Notes: generated by a model from the sequence alone, not told the origin. A stretch of DNA of 64,000 bases from Candidatus Eiseniibacteriota bacterium (GCA_044222065.1 JBGAOA010000010.1:1-64000); one strand, 5' to 3'; positions 1 to 10,911 are shown, counted from the stretch's first letter. Translations and numbers: made by a program.

Positions 1-834
1 GGCCGCAAGCTGCTCGACGCCGCGATCGAACCGGCCGTCGTCACGAAGCGCACGGCGCTCGCGCAGGTGCCGGGCGCACCGCCCGAAGGGCTCGCCGGCG
101 TTTGCAAGGTGCGCGGCCTGACGTGGTCGCCGCCGCGGCTCGGACCGGTGCGCTACGAGCGCCGCTTCGCCTTCCACGGCGTGCTGACCCGCTGGGGCGG
201 CATGCCGCGGCAGGAGTCGTGGGTCGTGGTGCTCGACGCCGAAGGCCGCGTCGTCGAACGCGCGAACACGGTCGAGCTCGAGCACGTGCGCTCGCGCGAA
301 GGGCTCTACCAGATCGCCGACGGGCTCGAGGAGGGCGTCCGCATCCGCGGCATGCGCCAGGCGCGCGAAGCGTACGAGGCGCTGCTCGGCGAGCGCGAAC
401 AGGAGTGGGAGGCCGAGGTGGCGCGCCTGCGCGACGACGAGCTGCTCCGCCTCGGCGCGTTCTATTCCGCGCGCATCGCCGAGGAGGAAGAGCGCGTGCG
501 CCGCCGCACGACGGCGTCCGAGGATTCGGACCTCGAGGCCGAGGGCGACGCGACGAGCCTCAAGCTCGACTGGGAGCGCCGTGCGGCCGAGGTGCGCCAT
601 CGCTGGGCGATCCGGACGGAGCTGAGGTTGTGGGGCGTGTGCGAGTGGTCGTGGCCCGTGGCCGAGATCGAGCAGGAGCTGCGCACGGGCGCGATCCACG
701 TGCGGCTCTCCGCGGCCGTGGACGTCGCCCGCGGCCAGCCGGAGCTTCCGCCGTGCCCGTCGTGCGGCAAGCGCGCGGAGATGCTCGTACGGGCGCGTGG
801 AGGCGTGCACTGCGTGGACTGCGCTCCGGCTTGA
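1..834 (+). CDS. Hypothetical protein, 5'-truncated by the window; coiled coil plus C-terminal CxxC..CxxC zinc ribbon (YqhG-like)
   Basis: Frame open from base 1 to TGA at 834; charged helical segment; C-terminal CPSC...CVDC. Confidence 0.6.
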   Translation, partial: GRKLLDAAIEPAVVTKRTALAQVPGAPPEGLAGVCKVRGLTWSPPRLGPVRYERRFAFHGVLTRWGGMPRQESWVVVLDAEGRVVERANTVELEHVRSREGLYQIADGLEEGVRIRGMRQAREAYEALLGEREQEWEAEVARLRDDELLRLGAFYSARIAEEEERVRRRTTASEDSDLEAEGDATSLKLDWERRAAEVRHRWAIRTELRLWGVCEWSWPVAEIEQELRTGAIHVRLSAAVDVARGQPELPPCPSCGKRAEMLVRARGGVHCVDCAPA

Positions 835-859
835 CGCTGCCTTGCTGCCCGGCTAACGT
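831..859 (+). promoter_or_regulatory. Sigma70-type promoter
   Basis: TTGACG (831-836), 17 nt, TAACGT (854-859), upstream of the TPR gene. Confidence 0.65.
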
Positions 860-928
860 TCCGCCCGCTTCGCCTCTCGATTCGATTCGCGCGAAGCTTC
901 AGATCGAAACCGTAACCGGAGGTTGCAC

Positions 929-1594
929 TTGTCTTTAGAGTCTCAGCGCAGCGCTCGACTCGAGGATCCGGGAGCCGAAGCGCTCGACCGGATGCAGACC
1001 CTGTGGGAGCGCTACGGCCGCATCGCGCTCGGCGTCGTCATCGCGGCCGCAGCGATCGGCGCGCTCGCCTTCTTCTCGCTGCGCGCCCGCGCCGCATCCG
1101 AGGACGCGGCCTCCGGGAAGCTCGCCGAAGCCGATCTCCTGTTCTGGCAGGGCGACTACGCCCGTTCGCTCACCGTCGCCCGTCAGGTGAGCGAGCAGTA
1201 TCCGAGCACGCCGAGCGGCATCGACGCGCACCGCATCGCGGGTGACGACCACTACTGGATGGGCGACTTCAAGTCGGCCGCGGACGAGTACAAGCGTTAC
1301 CTCGACAAGCAGAGCACGGGCTCGCTGGCCGACGGCGTGCGCCGCAGCTACGCGTACGCGCTCGAGAGTTCCAATCGTTCGAAGGACGCTGCGCCGCTGT
1401 ACGACGGCCTCGTCGGCAAGTTCGACCGGGAGTCGTCGGCCGAGTTCCTGAGCGCGGCATCGCGCTGCTACGTCGCGAGCGGCCAGAAGGCCGAGGCGGT
1501 GAAGCGGCTCCAGCGGATCCTGGACGAGTTCGGCGAGACGAGCGTCGCGAACTCCGCACGCGTTCGACTGGCGGAGCTGCAGGCGTCGAACTGA
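929..1594 (+). CDS. Membrane-anchored tetratricopeptide-repeat protein (YfgM-like)
   Basis: GGAGG at 918-922 then TTG at 929; one N-terminal TM helix (IALGVVIAAAAIGALAFF) followed by TPR-like helices. Confidence 0.75.
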   Translation: MSLESQRSARLEDPGAEALDRMQTLWERYGRIALGVVIAAAAIGALAFFSLRARAASEDAASGKLAEADLLFWQGDYARSLTVARQVSEQYPSTPSGIDAHRIAGDDHYWMGDFKSAADEYKRYLDKQSTGSLADGVRRSYAYALESSNRSKDAAPLYDGLVGKFDRESSAEFLSAASRCYVASGQKAEAVKRLQRILDEFGETSVANSARVRLAELQASN

Positions 1595-1613
1595 GCGACC
1601 GAGCGGGGCGCCG

Positions 1614-3731
1614 GTGACGGATCGTCGGCCGCCGATCGAGCTGGTCTTCCTCTGGCATCACCACCAGCCCGACTACCGCAGTCCGCGTGAGCGGCGTGCG
1701 CTGCTGCCCTGGGTGCGGCTGCACGCGACCAAGGACTACCTCGACATGGCGCTGCTGCTCGAGCGCCACGCGGGCGTGAAGGCGGCGTTCAACTTCGTTC
1801 CGTCGCTGCTCGATCAGCTCGCGGTCGCGGCCGATGGCGGCGACGACGCGCTGTTCGACCTGCTCGCGCGCCCGATCGCGAGCCTCGAGGCGGACGAGCG
1901 GCGCGAGTTGTGGCGCCGCTGCGCCATGGTTCCCCCGCACGCGCGCGAGCGCTGGCCCCGGCTCGCGGCGCTGTGCGTCGGCGCGGGCAGGCGCGCGGCG
2001 GCGGCGGAAACCCGCGATCTGCTCGAGATCCAGATCTACTTCCTGCTCGCGTGGCTGGACCCGATGTTTCACGACGCGCCCGAGGCGCGGCGCGCGCTCG
2101 AGCGTGCGGGCGCGGGCGACGAGGCGGCGCGCGACGCGCTGCTCGCGTTCCACGCGCGGCTGCTGCGCGACGTCGTGCCCGCGTACCGCAGGCTCGCCGA
2201 GCGCGGGCAGGTCGAGCTAACCGCTTCGGCCTACTACCACCCGATCCTTCCGCTGCTCGTCGATCCGCAGAGCGCGCGCCGCGCGCGCCCGGACCTGCCG
2301 GTCGCGACCGAGGCCTCGCCGATGCCCGAGGACGCGCGGGCGCAGATCGAGCGCGCGCTCGCGCGTCACGCCGACGCGTTCGGCGCGCGGCCGTCGGGCG
2401 TCTGGCCCTCCGAGGGCAGCGTGAGCCCCGAAGCCGCGGGACTGCTCGCCGCGTGCGGCGTGCGTTGGATCGCGACCGACGAAGGCGTCCTGTGGCGGTC
2501 GCTGCCGCAGGGCCAGCCGCGCGCGCGGCTCTACCGGCCGTGGAGCTTCGAGTCGCGCGACGGCCGGATCGCGCTGTTCTTCCGCGATCGCGAATTGTCC
2601 GACCGCATCGGCTTCGTCTACCACCATTGGAACGCCGCCGAAGCCGTGGGGGACTTCCTCGCGCGCGTGCGGAGGATCGGGGAGGAGTGGCGGGAGGAGG
2701 GGGCGCCGGTCGTCGCGGTCGTGCTCGACGGCGAGAACTGCTGGGAGCACTACGCGGACGACGGAAATCCGTTCCTCGAGCAGCTCTATCGCGAACTCGC
2801 CGCGGCGGAGGACGTCGTCACGCGCACGCCGTCCGAAGTGCTCGCCGCGCGTGCGACGCTCGAGCCGCTGCCCGCGCTCCACACGGGCTCGTGGATCGAC
2901 GCCGACTTCCACATCTGGATGGGTCATCCCGAGAAGAACCGCGCGTGGGACCTGCTGGGCCGCACGCGCCGCGCGCTCGTCGAGATCGCGCCGACGCCCG
3001 CCGACGCGCCCGCGGCATGGGAACATCTGTTCGCCGCCGAGGGTTCCGACTGGTTCTGGTGGTACGGCGACGACCACTGGACCGACGACCGCGCGCTCTT
3101 CGACCGCATCTTTCGCGAGCACCTGCACGGCGTGTTCGACGCGCTGGGCCGGCCGGCGCCGGGATGGCTGCACGTGCCGGTCGCCGCCGTGTCGGGGCGC
3201 TCCGAGGTGCTGCCGCCGATCGGGTTCGTGCGGCCCGTCGTGGACGGTCGCCGCACGAACTTCTACGAGTGGCATCCGGCGGGACGCGTCGCGCCCGGAC
3301 CGGGCGGCTCGATGCACCGCGGCGGCCGCACGATCCGCGAGGTGCACTTCGGATTCGACGCCGAACGGCTCGTGCTGCGCGTGGATCTCGAGCGCGACGC
3401 CGCGCTCGCCGGTCGCGCGATCGCGCTCGACTTCGTCGCGCCGGAAGCGCAGCGCGTGCTCGTGTCGCCGCTCGAGGACGCGCGCCCGACGGTGACGCGC
3501 GAGCCCGAGGGCGGCCGCCGTGCGCCGGTCGCGGGCGCCGAGGCCGCTCGCGGCGAGATCCTCGAGGTCGCGCTGCCGTTCGCATCGCTCGGGCTCGAGG
3601 CGGGCGCGCGCGTCGAATGGGTCGTCCGGCTCGTCGAAGGCGCCGCGTCGGTCGAGACGCTGCCCGCGCACGACCTGATTCGCTGGACGGTGCCCGACGC
3701 GGGCTGGGAAGACGGCATGTGGAGCGCGTAG
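1614..3731 (+). CDS. Glycoside hydrolase family 57 (amylopullulanase-like)
   Basis: WHHHQP, PWVRLHATKDY, YYHPILPLL, WPSEG, LDGENCWE and AEGSDWFWW motifs. Confidence 0.92.
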   Translation: MTDRRPPIELVFLWHHHQPDYRSPRERRALLPWVRLHATKDYLDMALLLERHAGVKAAFNFVPSLLDQLAVAADGGDDALFDLLARPIASLEADERRELWRRCAMVPPHARERWPRLAALCVGAGRRAAAAETRDLLEIQIYFLLAWLDPMFHDAPEARRALERAGAGDEAARDALLAFHARLLRDVVPAYRRLAERGQVELTASAYYHPILPLLVDPQSARRARPDLPVATEASPMPEDARAQIERALARHADAFGARPSGVWPSEGSVSPEAAGLLAACGVRWIATDEGVLWRSLPQGQPRARLYRPWSFESRDGRIALFFRDRELSDRIGFVYHHWNAAEAVGDFLARVRRIGEEWREEGAPVVAVVLDGENCWEHYADDGNPFLEQLYRELAAAEDVVTRTPSEVLAARATLEPLPALHTGSWIDADFHIWMGHPEKNRAWDLLGRTRRALVEIAPTPADAPAAWEHLFAAEGSDWFWWYGDDHWTDDRALFDRIFREHLHGVFDALGRPAPGWLHVPVAAVSGRSEVLPPIGFVRPVVDGRRTNFYEWHPAGRVAPGPGGSMHRGGRTIREVHFGFDAERLVLRVDLERDAALAGRAIALDFVAPEAQRVLVSPLEDARPTVTREPEGGRRAPVAGAEAARGEILEVALPFASLGLEAGARVEWVVRLVEGAASVETLPAHDLIRWTVPDAGWEDGMWSA

Positions 3732-3801
3732 TCGCGGCGGCCCGCTGAATCCGGCCCGCGCGCGGGGACGCGCCGCGATCCGTCCGCGAGGAGGTCTTGC
3801 G

Positions 3802-4356
3802 ATGAGCGAGCGCACCGAAGTCGAGCGCGCGGCCGACCAGCTCGAACGCGCGTATCGGGGGCCGGCCTGGTCGGGGCCGAGTGTCGCGCAGGCTCTGCGC
3901 GGCGTGGACGCCGCGACCGCCGCGACGCGACCTCCGGGAGGCGCGCACTCGATCTGGGAGATCGCCGCGCACATCGGCGCCTGGGAAGAGACCGTGCGCC
4001 GGCGGCTCGAGGGCGAGCCGTACTCGCCACGCGGGGCCGCGAACTTCCCGAGGCCGCGCGCCGCGACCGCCGCCGAGTGGCGGGCGACCCTCGAGCGCCT
4101 CGGGGCGATCCACGACGCGCTGGTGGCGCGCGTGAGGACGCTCACCGACGAGTCTCTGGCGCGGTCGCCGTACGCCGGGGCGGCGGGCGCGTACGTTCTG
4201 ATCCACGGCGCGGCGCAGCACGATCTCTATCACGCGGGGCAGATCGTGCTGCTTCGGAAGCTCCTGCGCGCGGGTCGTCGGACGGGAGCCCCTCGAAGCC
4301 CGAAGCGAGGCGCGAGAGGGGCCCCGAAGCGCCGTGTCCGCCGACGATCGAGGTAG
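3802..4356 (+). CDS. DinB family protein
   Basis: HSIWEIAAHI and QHDLYHAGQI motifs; GAGGAGG RBS. Confidence 0.85.
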   Translation: MSERTEVERAADQLERAYRGPAWSGPSVAQALRGVDAATAATRPPGGAHSIWEIAAHIGAWEETVRRRLEGEPYSPRGAANFPRPRAATAAEWRATLERLGAIHDALVARVRTLTDESLARSPYAGAAGAYVLIHGAAQHDLYHAGQIVLLRKLLRAGRRTGAPRSPKRGARGAPKRRVRRRSR

Positions 4357-4374
4357 CGCGACGCCGTTCCGTTC

Positions 4375-4402
4375 AGGTCGCATAATAGACATTATGTAAA
4401 CC
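4375..4402. other. dif: dif-like XerC/XerD chromosome dimer resolution site
   Basis: AGGTCGCATAA-TAGACA-TTATGTAAACC has 11-6-11 geometry and resembles E. coli dif (GGTGCGCATAA-TGTATA-TTATGTTAAAT); intergenic AT-rich island. Confidence 0.85.
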
Positions 4403-4491
4403 ATTCGACGCGACCCGCGCGCGGTTCCGTTCGCCGCGGTTCGCCGGGCCCGCCGGCCCTCGATTCCCTCTCGCCGTTCCGGAGGTCCGTC

Positions 4492-5448
4492 GTGCGCCCG
4501 ATCCGGTCTCGCCCTTCGCCGCTCACTCGAATCCGTCGTCGCTCGGCGCTGACGGCGCTCGCGCTGGTCGCGTGCGCTGCCGCGTGCTCGGCCCAGCAGG
4601 ATCCCGACCGTTCGTACGCCCCGGCGATCCCGCGACCCTCGTTCGCCCCGGGCCGCGGTCCGCTCGTGCTGATCGACGAAGGTCACCACGAGTTCCACAC
4701 GCGTGCGGGCCGCTACTCGGCGTTCGCGAACCTCATCGAGCGTGACGGGTTCGTCGTGCGTGCTCATGCGGGCAGGCTCGATCGCGCGAGCCTCGGGCGC
4801 GCGCGCGTGCTCGTGGTCGCGAACGCGCTCGCGGCGCGCAACGAGCAGGACTGGTCGCTGCCCGTGGACCCGGCGTTCGACGAGCGCGAAGTCACGGCCG
4901 TTCGCGACTGGGTGCGCGACGGCGGCGCACTGTTCCTCGTCGCCGACCACATGCCGTTCCCGGGCGCGGCCGCCGGGCTCGCCGCGGCGTTCGGCTTCCG
5001 CTTCGAGAACGGCTTCGCCTACGACGCCGCGGGGCGCTCGACGTTCGACGCGCGCCGCGACGCGGGGCTCCACGCGGGACCGGTCGCGGACGGGCGCGGC
5101 GCCGACGAGCGTGTGGACTCGGTGCGCGTCTTCACGGGCCAGGCGTTCCGAGCGGACGCCGCCGTGGACACGATCGTCTCGCTCGGCGCGGGCGCCTACT
5201 CGCTCTTCCCGCGGGTCGCGTGGGAGTTCTCGGATTCGACGCGCCGCGAGTCGTCGGCGTTCGCGCTCGTCGGCGCGGCGCGAAACTTCGGGCGCGGGCG
5301 CGTCGTCGTGTTCGGCGAGGCGGCGATGTTCACGGCGCAGGTCGCCGGGCCCAATCGCGTGCGCATGGGCATGAACGACCCCGGGGCGCCGCACAACCAC
5401 CGCCTCGCGCTCAACGTCGTGCGCTGGCTCGCGGGCGTGCTCGACTGA
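4492..5448 (+). CDS. Secreted DUF4350 / class I glutamine-amidotransferase-like fold protein
   Basis: Signal peptide; VLIDEGHHEFHT, GGALFLVADHMPF and GRGRVVVFGEAAMF motifs. Confidence 0.7.
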   Translation: MRPIRSRPSPLTRIRRRSALTALALVACAAACSAQQDPDRSYAPAIPRPSFAPGRGPLVLIDEGHHEFHTRAGRYSAFANLIERDGFVVRAHAGRLDRASLGRARVLVVANALAARNEQDWSLPVDPAFDEREVTAVRDWVRDGGALFLVADHMPFPGAAAGLAAAFGFRFENGFAYDAAGRSTFDARRDAGLHAGPVADGRGADERVDSVRVFTGQAFRADAAVDTIVSLGAGAYSLFPRVAWEFSDSTRRESSAFALVGAARNFGRGRVVVFGEAAMFTAQVAGPNRVRMGMNDPGAPHNHRLALNVVRWLAGVLD

Positions 5449-5457
5449 GCGCGCGGT

Positions 5458-7899
5458 CTACTTCCCCGCGACGACGACGTTGAGCAGCTTGTCCGGAACG
5501 AAGATGAGCTTCCGGACTTCCGCTCCGTCGACGTACTTCTTCACGCGCTCGTCCGCGAACGCCGCCGTCTTCGCGGCGTCCTGCGTCGTGCCGCGCGCGA
5601 GCTCGAGCGTCGCGCGCAGCTTGCCGTTGATCTGCACGGCCACCGTCACGGTGTCGTCCACGCACAGCGCCGGGTCGTAGCCGGGCCACGGCGCGTACGC
5701 GAGCGACTCGGCGTGGCCGAGGCGCGACCACAGCTCCTCGGCGAGGTGTGGTGCGAACGGCGCGAGCACGAGCGCGAACGGCTCGAGCACCGCGCGCGAC
5801 CGCGTGCCGTGCTTCGTGGCCTCGTTCGCGAACACCATCATCTGCGAGATCGCGGTGTTGAACTTGAGGTTCTCGACGTCCTCGCCCGTCTTCTTCACCG
5901 TGCGGTGCAGCTCGCGCACGACGTCCGAGGGCGGCGCGGAGTCGTCCACCGCGAAGGCGCCGTCGTCGTCGACGTAGAGCCGCCACACGCGGTCGAGGAA
6001 TCGCGCCACGCCTTCGACGCCCTTTGTGCTCCACGGCTTCATCGCCTCGAGCGGACCCATGAACATCTCGTAGAGCCGCAGCGCGTCCGCGCCGAACAGG
6101 TCGATCATGTCGTCGGGGTTCACGACGTTGCCCCACGACTTGGACATCTTGCGATTGTCCTCGCCGAGGATCGTGCCCTGGTGCACGAGCTTCTGGAACG
6201 GCTCGATCGTGCTGACGAGCCCGAGGTCGTACAGCACCTTGTGCCAGAAGCGCGCGTAGAGCAGGTGCAGCACGGCGTGCTCGGCGCCGCCGACGTAGAG
6301 GTCCACCGGCATCCAGTAGCGCTCGAGCGCCGGGTTCACGATCGCGTTCGGGTTCTTCGGATCGATGAACCGCAGGTAGTACCAGCACGAGCCCGCCCAC
6401 TGCGGCATCGTATTCGTCTCGCGCCGCGCCGGACGTCCGCTCGCGGGATCGGTCGTCGCGAGCCAGTCCGCCGCGTTCGCGAGCGGGCTCTCCCCCGTTC
6501 CCGAAGGCTTGAAGTTCGACGTCTCGGGGAGGCGGATCGGCAGCATCTGCTCGGGGAGCGCGCGGTGCTCGCCGTCCACCCACACGACCGGGAACGGCTC
6601 GCCCCAGTAGCGCTGCCGCGAGAACAGCCAGTCCCGGAGCTTGTACTGCACCGACTTCTGTCCCTGACCTCGCGACTCGAGCCAGTCGGTGATCTTCGCG
6701 ATCGCTTCCGCCGCACGGAGTCCGTCGATCGAGAACGAGCCGTCGGCCGTGTGGGAATTCACCGCGACACCGTGCTCGTGATCGACGTACGCGCCCTTCG
6801 TCACGTCGCCGCCCGCGACGACCTCGCGAATCGGCAGATTGAACGCGGTCGCGAACGCCCAGTCGCGCTCGTCGTGACCCGGCACCGCCATGATCGCGCC
6901 CGTGCCGTAGCCCGTCAGCACGTAGTCCGCGATCCAGATCGGCAGCCGCTCGCCGTTCACGGGATTGATCGCGTGGCCGCCCGTGAAGACGCCGGTCTTC
7001 TCCTTGTCCTCCTGCCGCTGCAGGTCGCTCTTGCGCGCCGCGGCCTCGCGATAGGCCTGCACGTCCGCGCGGCGCTCGGCTCTCGTGATCGCGTCCACGA
7101 GCGGATGCTCGGGCGCGAGCACCATGTAGGTCGCCCCGAACAGCGTGTCCGGCCGCGTCGTGAAGATGCGCAGCTTCGCGTTCAGGCCGTCGAGCGCGAA
7201 GTCCACCTCGGCGCCGATCGAGCGGCCGATCCAGTTCTTCTGCATCTCGAGCGTGCTCGCGGGCCAGTCCACCTGCTCGAGGTCCTCGAGCAGCCGCTCC
7301 GCGTACGCCGTGATCTTGAGCACCCACTGGCGCATCGGCTTGCGTACGACGTCGAAGCCGCCGACCTCGGACTTGCCGTCCACGACCTCCTCGTTCGCGA
7401 GCACGGTGCCGAGTTCGGGGCACCAGTTCACCGGCACCTCGGCGACGTAGGCGAGCCCCTTCGCGTAGAGCTGGAGGAAGATCCACTGCGTCCAGCGGTA
7501 GTAGTCCGGGTCCGTCGTGTCGACTTCGCGCTCCCAGTCGTACGAGAGCCCGGCGCGGCGCATCTGGCGGCGGAAGTTGTCGATGTTCTGCCGCGTCGTG
7601 ATCGCCGGATGGACGCCCGTCTTCACCGCGTACTGCTCGGCCGGCAGGCCGAACGCGTCCCAGCCCGTGCAGTGCAGGACGTTGAACCCGCGCATGCGCT
7701 TGTAGCGCGACACGATGTCGGTCGCGGTGTAGCCCTCGAGGTGCCCGACGTGGAGTCCGGCGCCCGAGGGGTACGGGAACATGTCGAGGCAGTAGAACTT
7801 GGGCTTCGTCGTGTCGTCGAGCGCGCGGAACGTCCGCCGTTCCACCCAGTACTGCTGCCAGCGCGGCTCGACGTCTGCGAAGGGATAGCGTTGGCTCAT
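5458..7899 (-). CDS. leuS: Leucine--tRNA ligase
   Basis: [14 protein letters not shown] (HIGH), KMSKS and [18 protein letters not shown]. Confidence 0.98.
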   Translation of the reverse strand: MSQRYPFADVEPRWQQYWVERRTFRALDDTTKPKFYCLDMFPYPSGAGLHVGHLEGYTATDIVSRYKRMRGFNVLHCTGWDAFGLPAEQYAVKTGVHPAITTRQNIDNFRRQMRRAGLSYDWEREVDTTDPDYYRWTQWIFLQLYAKGLAYVAEVPVNWCPELGTVLANEEVVDGKSEVGGFDVVRKPMRQWVLKITAYAERLLEDLEQVDWPASTLEMQKNWIGRSIGAEVDFALDGLNAKLRIFTTRPDTLFGATYMVLAPEHPLVDAITRAERRADVQAYREAAARKSDLQRQEDKEKTGVFTGGHAINPVNGERLPIWIADYVLTGYGTGAIMAVPGHDERDWAFATAFNLPIREVVAGGDVTKGAYVDHEHGVAVNSHTADGSFSIDGLRAAEAIAKITDWLESRGQGQKSVQYKLRDWLFSRQRYWGEPFPVVWVDGEHRALPEQMLPIRLPETSNFKPSGTGESPLANAADWLATTDPASGRPARRETNTMPQWAGSCWYYLRFIDPKNPNAIVNPALERYWMPVDLYVGGAEHAVLHLLYARFWHKVLYDLGLVSTIEPFQKLVHQGTILGEDNRKMSKSWGNVVNPDDMIDLFGADALRLYEMFMGPLEAMKPWSTKGVEGVARFLDRVWRLYVDDDGAFAVDDSAPPSDVVRELHRTVKKTGEDVENLKFNTAISQMMVFANEATKHGTRSRAVLEPFALVLAPFAPHLAEELWSRLGHAESLAYAPWPGYDPALCVDDTVTVAVQINGKLRATLELARGTTQDAAKTAAFADERVKKYVDGAEVRKLIFVPDKLLNVVVAGK

Positions 7900-7929
7900 G
7901 ACGACCTCACGGTGGGAGGACCGGGCACA

Positions 7930-9000
7930 CTACCGGCTCCCCCGCAGGCTGGCACGGGCGCCGCGCGCCGCGGCGCGACCGGCGCCGGCGACGGCGCGCC
8001 TCGCCTGTTCGAGCGCGGCGATCGCGTCCGCGCGTCCGCTCTTCCACGCGGCCTCCGCGCGGTAGACGGCGTCCATCGAGCGCGCGAGCGAGGCGGGCGG
8101 CAGGCGCCGCTGCAGCGCGAGGCTGAGTTCCTTGTGACGCGACCAGCCGCCGAGCGCGCCGCCGACCAGGTTCGAGAGCGCGAACAGCACGGTGCCCTCG
8201 CCCACGCCCGCGGCGAGCAGCCGCCCGAGCCGCTGTGCCGCGAGGCCCGGATAGCCGAGCGCCACGGCGCCGAGGTAGTCGGGAACGTCGGCGCCGAGCA
8301 CGGGCTTGAGCAGCGCGAGCGCGTCGTCCTTCGACACCGCGCCGCCCTCGCCCGCGAAGGCCTCGAGCTTTTCGAGCTCGTTGAAGAACGCGACCGAGTC
8401 GCCCTCGCACGCATCGAGCAGCGTCTCGAGGACGCTCGCGTCCGCGCGCACGCCGGCGCGCGCGAGCCGGCGCGCGCCCCACGTGAGCAGTTCCGCGCGC
8501 GACGGCGGATCCGCCTTCCAGCGGTCCACGCACGCGCCCCGCAGGGGCTCGAGCGCCTTGCGCGGCTGCTCCGAGGCCGACTCGACGAGCACGAGCGTCG
8601 AGGCGCCCGGCGGGCCCTCGAGGCCGCCCGCGAGGCCGGCGACGCGCTTCTCGCTGCGCGCGAGCAGCTCGATCCCGAGCACGATCGTGAGTTCGCGCGG
8701 CGTGAAGAGCGATCCGCCCCGGTACGCGGAGAGGATCTCGTCCACGCCGGACTCCCCCGCCTGCAGCACGCGGGCGCGCGGCGCTTCGGGCACGTGCCGC
8801 GCCCACGCGGCCTTGAGCTCCGCGAGGAACGCCGCCTTCAAGGCCTCGTCCGGCCCCTCCACGTAGAGCGTCGGCGCGAAGGTGCCGAGGTCGAAGCGCT
8901 CGAGCGGCGCGACGCCCGAAGCGGTGGCCGCGGCCGCGCGGGCGCGAGGCGCCGCCGCGCGGGCGCTACCAGCCCTGGACGGTGCGCGCGAGGACTTCAT
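7930..9000 (-). CDS. holA: DNA polymerase III delta subunit
   Basis: GSLFTPRELTIV and NELEKLEAF motifs; linked to lptE and leuS. Confidence 0.8.
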   Translation of the reverse strand: MKSSRAPSRAGSARAAAPRARAAAATASGVAPLERFDLGTFAPTLYVEGPDEALKAAFLAELKAAWARHVPEAPRARVLQAGESGVDEILSAYRGGSLFTPRELTIVLGIELLARSEKRVAGLAGGLEGPPGASTLVLVESASEQPRKALEPLRGACVDRWKADPPSRAELLTWGARRLARAGVRADASVLETLLDACEGDSVAFFNELEKLEAFAGEGGAVSKDDALALLKPVLGADVPDYLGAVALGYPGLAAQRLGRLLAAGVGEGTVLFALSNLVGGALGGWSRHKELSLALQRRLPPASLARSMDAVYRAEAAWKSGRADAIAALEQARRAVAGAGRAAARGARASLRGSR

Positions 9001-9493
9001 CGGCGATCTTTCCCACGGCCGTGCGGCGGCCGTCGGCCTCGGTGCGCGCGCTGTCGCCGCCCACCGGCTGGACGTAGTAGTTCGCGGTCTTCTGCAGCGC
9101 CGCCTCGCTCCACAGCTCGCGGTTCTTCACGACGTCCTTGAACGACACCTGGACCGTGATGCTCACGCGGTACTCCTGCGCGCGGTTCTGCTCCGAGAAG
9201 CCGAACACCGAGTTGCGGTACTCGATGATCTTGCCGCGCAGCACCGCGCTCGCCGAGCGCTCGTCCACGACCTTCAGGCTGTTGTCGCGGATGAAGCGAT
9301 CGATCACCGCGTTCGTCAGATCCTGTTCGAGCGCGTATTCGGTCGTGGAGTTCTCGAACACCGGGATCGCCACGGTGCGCAGGTGGGCCGGCAGCGCGCC
9401 CGAACGCACCGTGTACGCGCAACCCGCCCCCAGGCAGGCCAGCGCGACGGCGAGTCCGAGCGTGGCCTGACGGAGGCGGGCGGAAGTGTTCAA
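8966..9493 (-). CDS. lptE: LPS assembly lipoprotein LptE family
   Basis: TTG start overlapping the upstream stop; lipobox GAGC; LPAHLRTVAIPVFENST. Confidence 0.85.
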   Translation of the reverse strand: MNTSARLRQATLGLAVALACLGAGCAYTVRSGALPAHLRTVAIPVFENSTTEYALEQDLTNAVIDRFIRDNSLKVVDERSASAVLRGKIIEYRNSVFGFSEQNRAQEYRVSITVQVSFKDVVKNRELWSEAALQKTANYYVQPVGGDSARTEADGRRTAVGKIADEVLARTVQGW

Positions 9494-10911
9494 GCGGCGG
9501 AGGCTTCGTCCCGGGCCGGGTGGATCTCGTAGAGCTTCATCCGATAGCGCAGCTTGTCGCGCTTCAGATTCAGCACGTCGGCAGTGCGACTCTGGTTCCA
9601 CTTCGTAGCATACGAGGCGTGGAGGATCAAGGCTCGCTCGAGTTCCTCGACGAGCGACTCGAACGGAATCCCGTCCTGCGGCACCGCGTTCTGCAGGTAC
9701 TCGTCCACGCGCTGGCCCAGCGACAGGTCGCCGGCGCCGCGCACGCGCGGCGCGAGCTTCAGGTGCTGCGGCTCGAGCGTCTCTCCCTGCTCGAGCAGCA
9801 CGGTGCGCTCGAACAGGTTCTTCAGCTCGCGGATGTTCCCCGGCCACGGGTAGTCGAGGAGCAGGCGCTCGGCCGGCGGCGACATCGCGCGGAACTGCTT
9901 CCGGAACTGCTTCGTGAAGCGTTCCATGAAGAGCCGCGACAGCGGCAGGATGTCCTCTCGGCGCTCGCGCAGCGGCGGAACGTAGAGCGGCACGACCTTG
10001 AGCCGGTAGTAGAGGTCCTCGCGGAAGTGGCCGTCCTGCACGCGGCGCTCGAGGTCCTGGTTCGTCGCCGAGATGATGCGCAGGTTCACCGAGATGTCCT
10101 TCGTGCCGCCGACGCGCCGGAACGTGCGCCGTTCGAGCACGCGCAGCAGCTTCACCTGCAGCATCGGCGCCATCTCCCCGATCTCGTCGAGGAACAGCGT
10201 GCCGCCGTTCGCGATCTCCATCAGTCCGAGCTTCTGCGCGCGGGCGTCGGTGAACGCGCCCTTCTCGTGCCCGAACAGTTCGCTCTCGAGCAGCTCGCTC
10301 GGGATCGCCGCGCAGTTCACCTCGACGAACGGCTGGTCGTGGCGCGCGCTCATGCGGTGGATGAGGTTCGCGAAGTACTCCTTGCCCGTGCCGCTCTCGC
10401 CCTGGATCAGCACGCTCGTCGTGTCGCCGAGCGCGACCTGTTCCGCGATCGCGTAGGCCTCCTGCATCGCGGGGCTGGCCGAGTGCAGGAACTCCTCGTC
10501 GGCGAACGCCTGGTGGCGGAGCCGCTTCAGCTCGAGGCGCGTCTTCTGCGTTTCGAGCGCCCGCGCGACGAGCGCGAGGAGCTCCTCGTTCTGGAACGGC
10601 TTCTTCACGAACCAGAACGCACCCGCGTTCATCGCCTCGACGGCCGTCTCGAGGTCGCCGAAGGCGGTCATCATGATGATCGGAACGTCCACGTCCACGC
10701 GCCGGATCTCGCGCAGCAGCTCGAGTCCGGTGCCGTCGGGCAGCTTCAGGTCGAGGATCGCGAGATCCGGCATCGCCTGGTCGAGCAGACCGCGGGATTC
10801 GCGGACCGACCCGGCGCACTGCACGGTGTAGCCCTCGTCCTCGAGGCACTTCGTCACGAAGTGGCGGATCGAATCCTGATCGTCCACCACCAGAATGTTC
10901 GCTTTGCTCAT
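9490..10911 (-). CDS. Sigma54-dependent response regulator (NtrC/AtoC family: REC-AAA+-HTH)
   Basis: ILVVDD receiver, GESGTGKE, ESELFGHEKGAFTDA, FLDEIGE, WPGNIREL, C-terminal HTH. Confidence 0.95.
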   Translation of the reverse strand: MSKANILVVDDQDSIRHFVTKCLEDEGYTVQCAGSVRESRGLLDQAMPDLAILDLKLPDGTGLELLREIRRVDVDVPIIMMTAFGDLETAVEAMNAGAFWFVKKPFQNEELLALVARALETQKTRLELKRLRHQAFADEEFLHSASPAMQEAYAIAEQVALGDTTSVLIQGESGTGKEYFANLIHRMSARHDQPFVEVNCAAIPSELLESELFGHEKGAFTDARAQKLGLMEIANGGTLFLDEIGEMAPMLQVKLLRVLERRTFRRVGGTKDISVNLRIISATNQDLERRVQDGHFREDLYYRLKVVPLYVPPLRERREDILPLSRLFMERFTKQFRKQFRAMSPPAERLLLDYPWPGNIRELKNLFERTVLLEQGETLEPQHLKLAPRVRGAGDLSLGQRVDEYLQNAVPQDGIPFESLVEELERALILHASYATKWNQSRTADVLNLKRDKLRYRMKLYEIHPARDEASAA

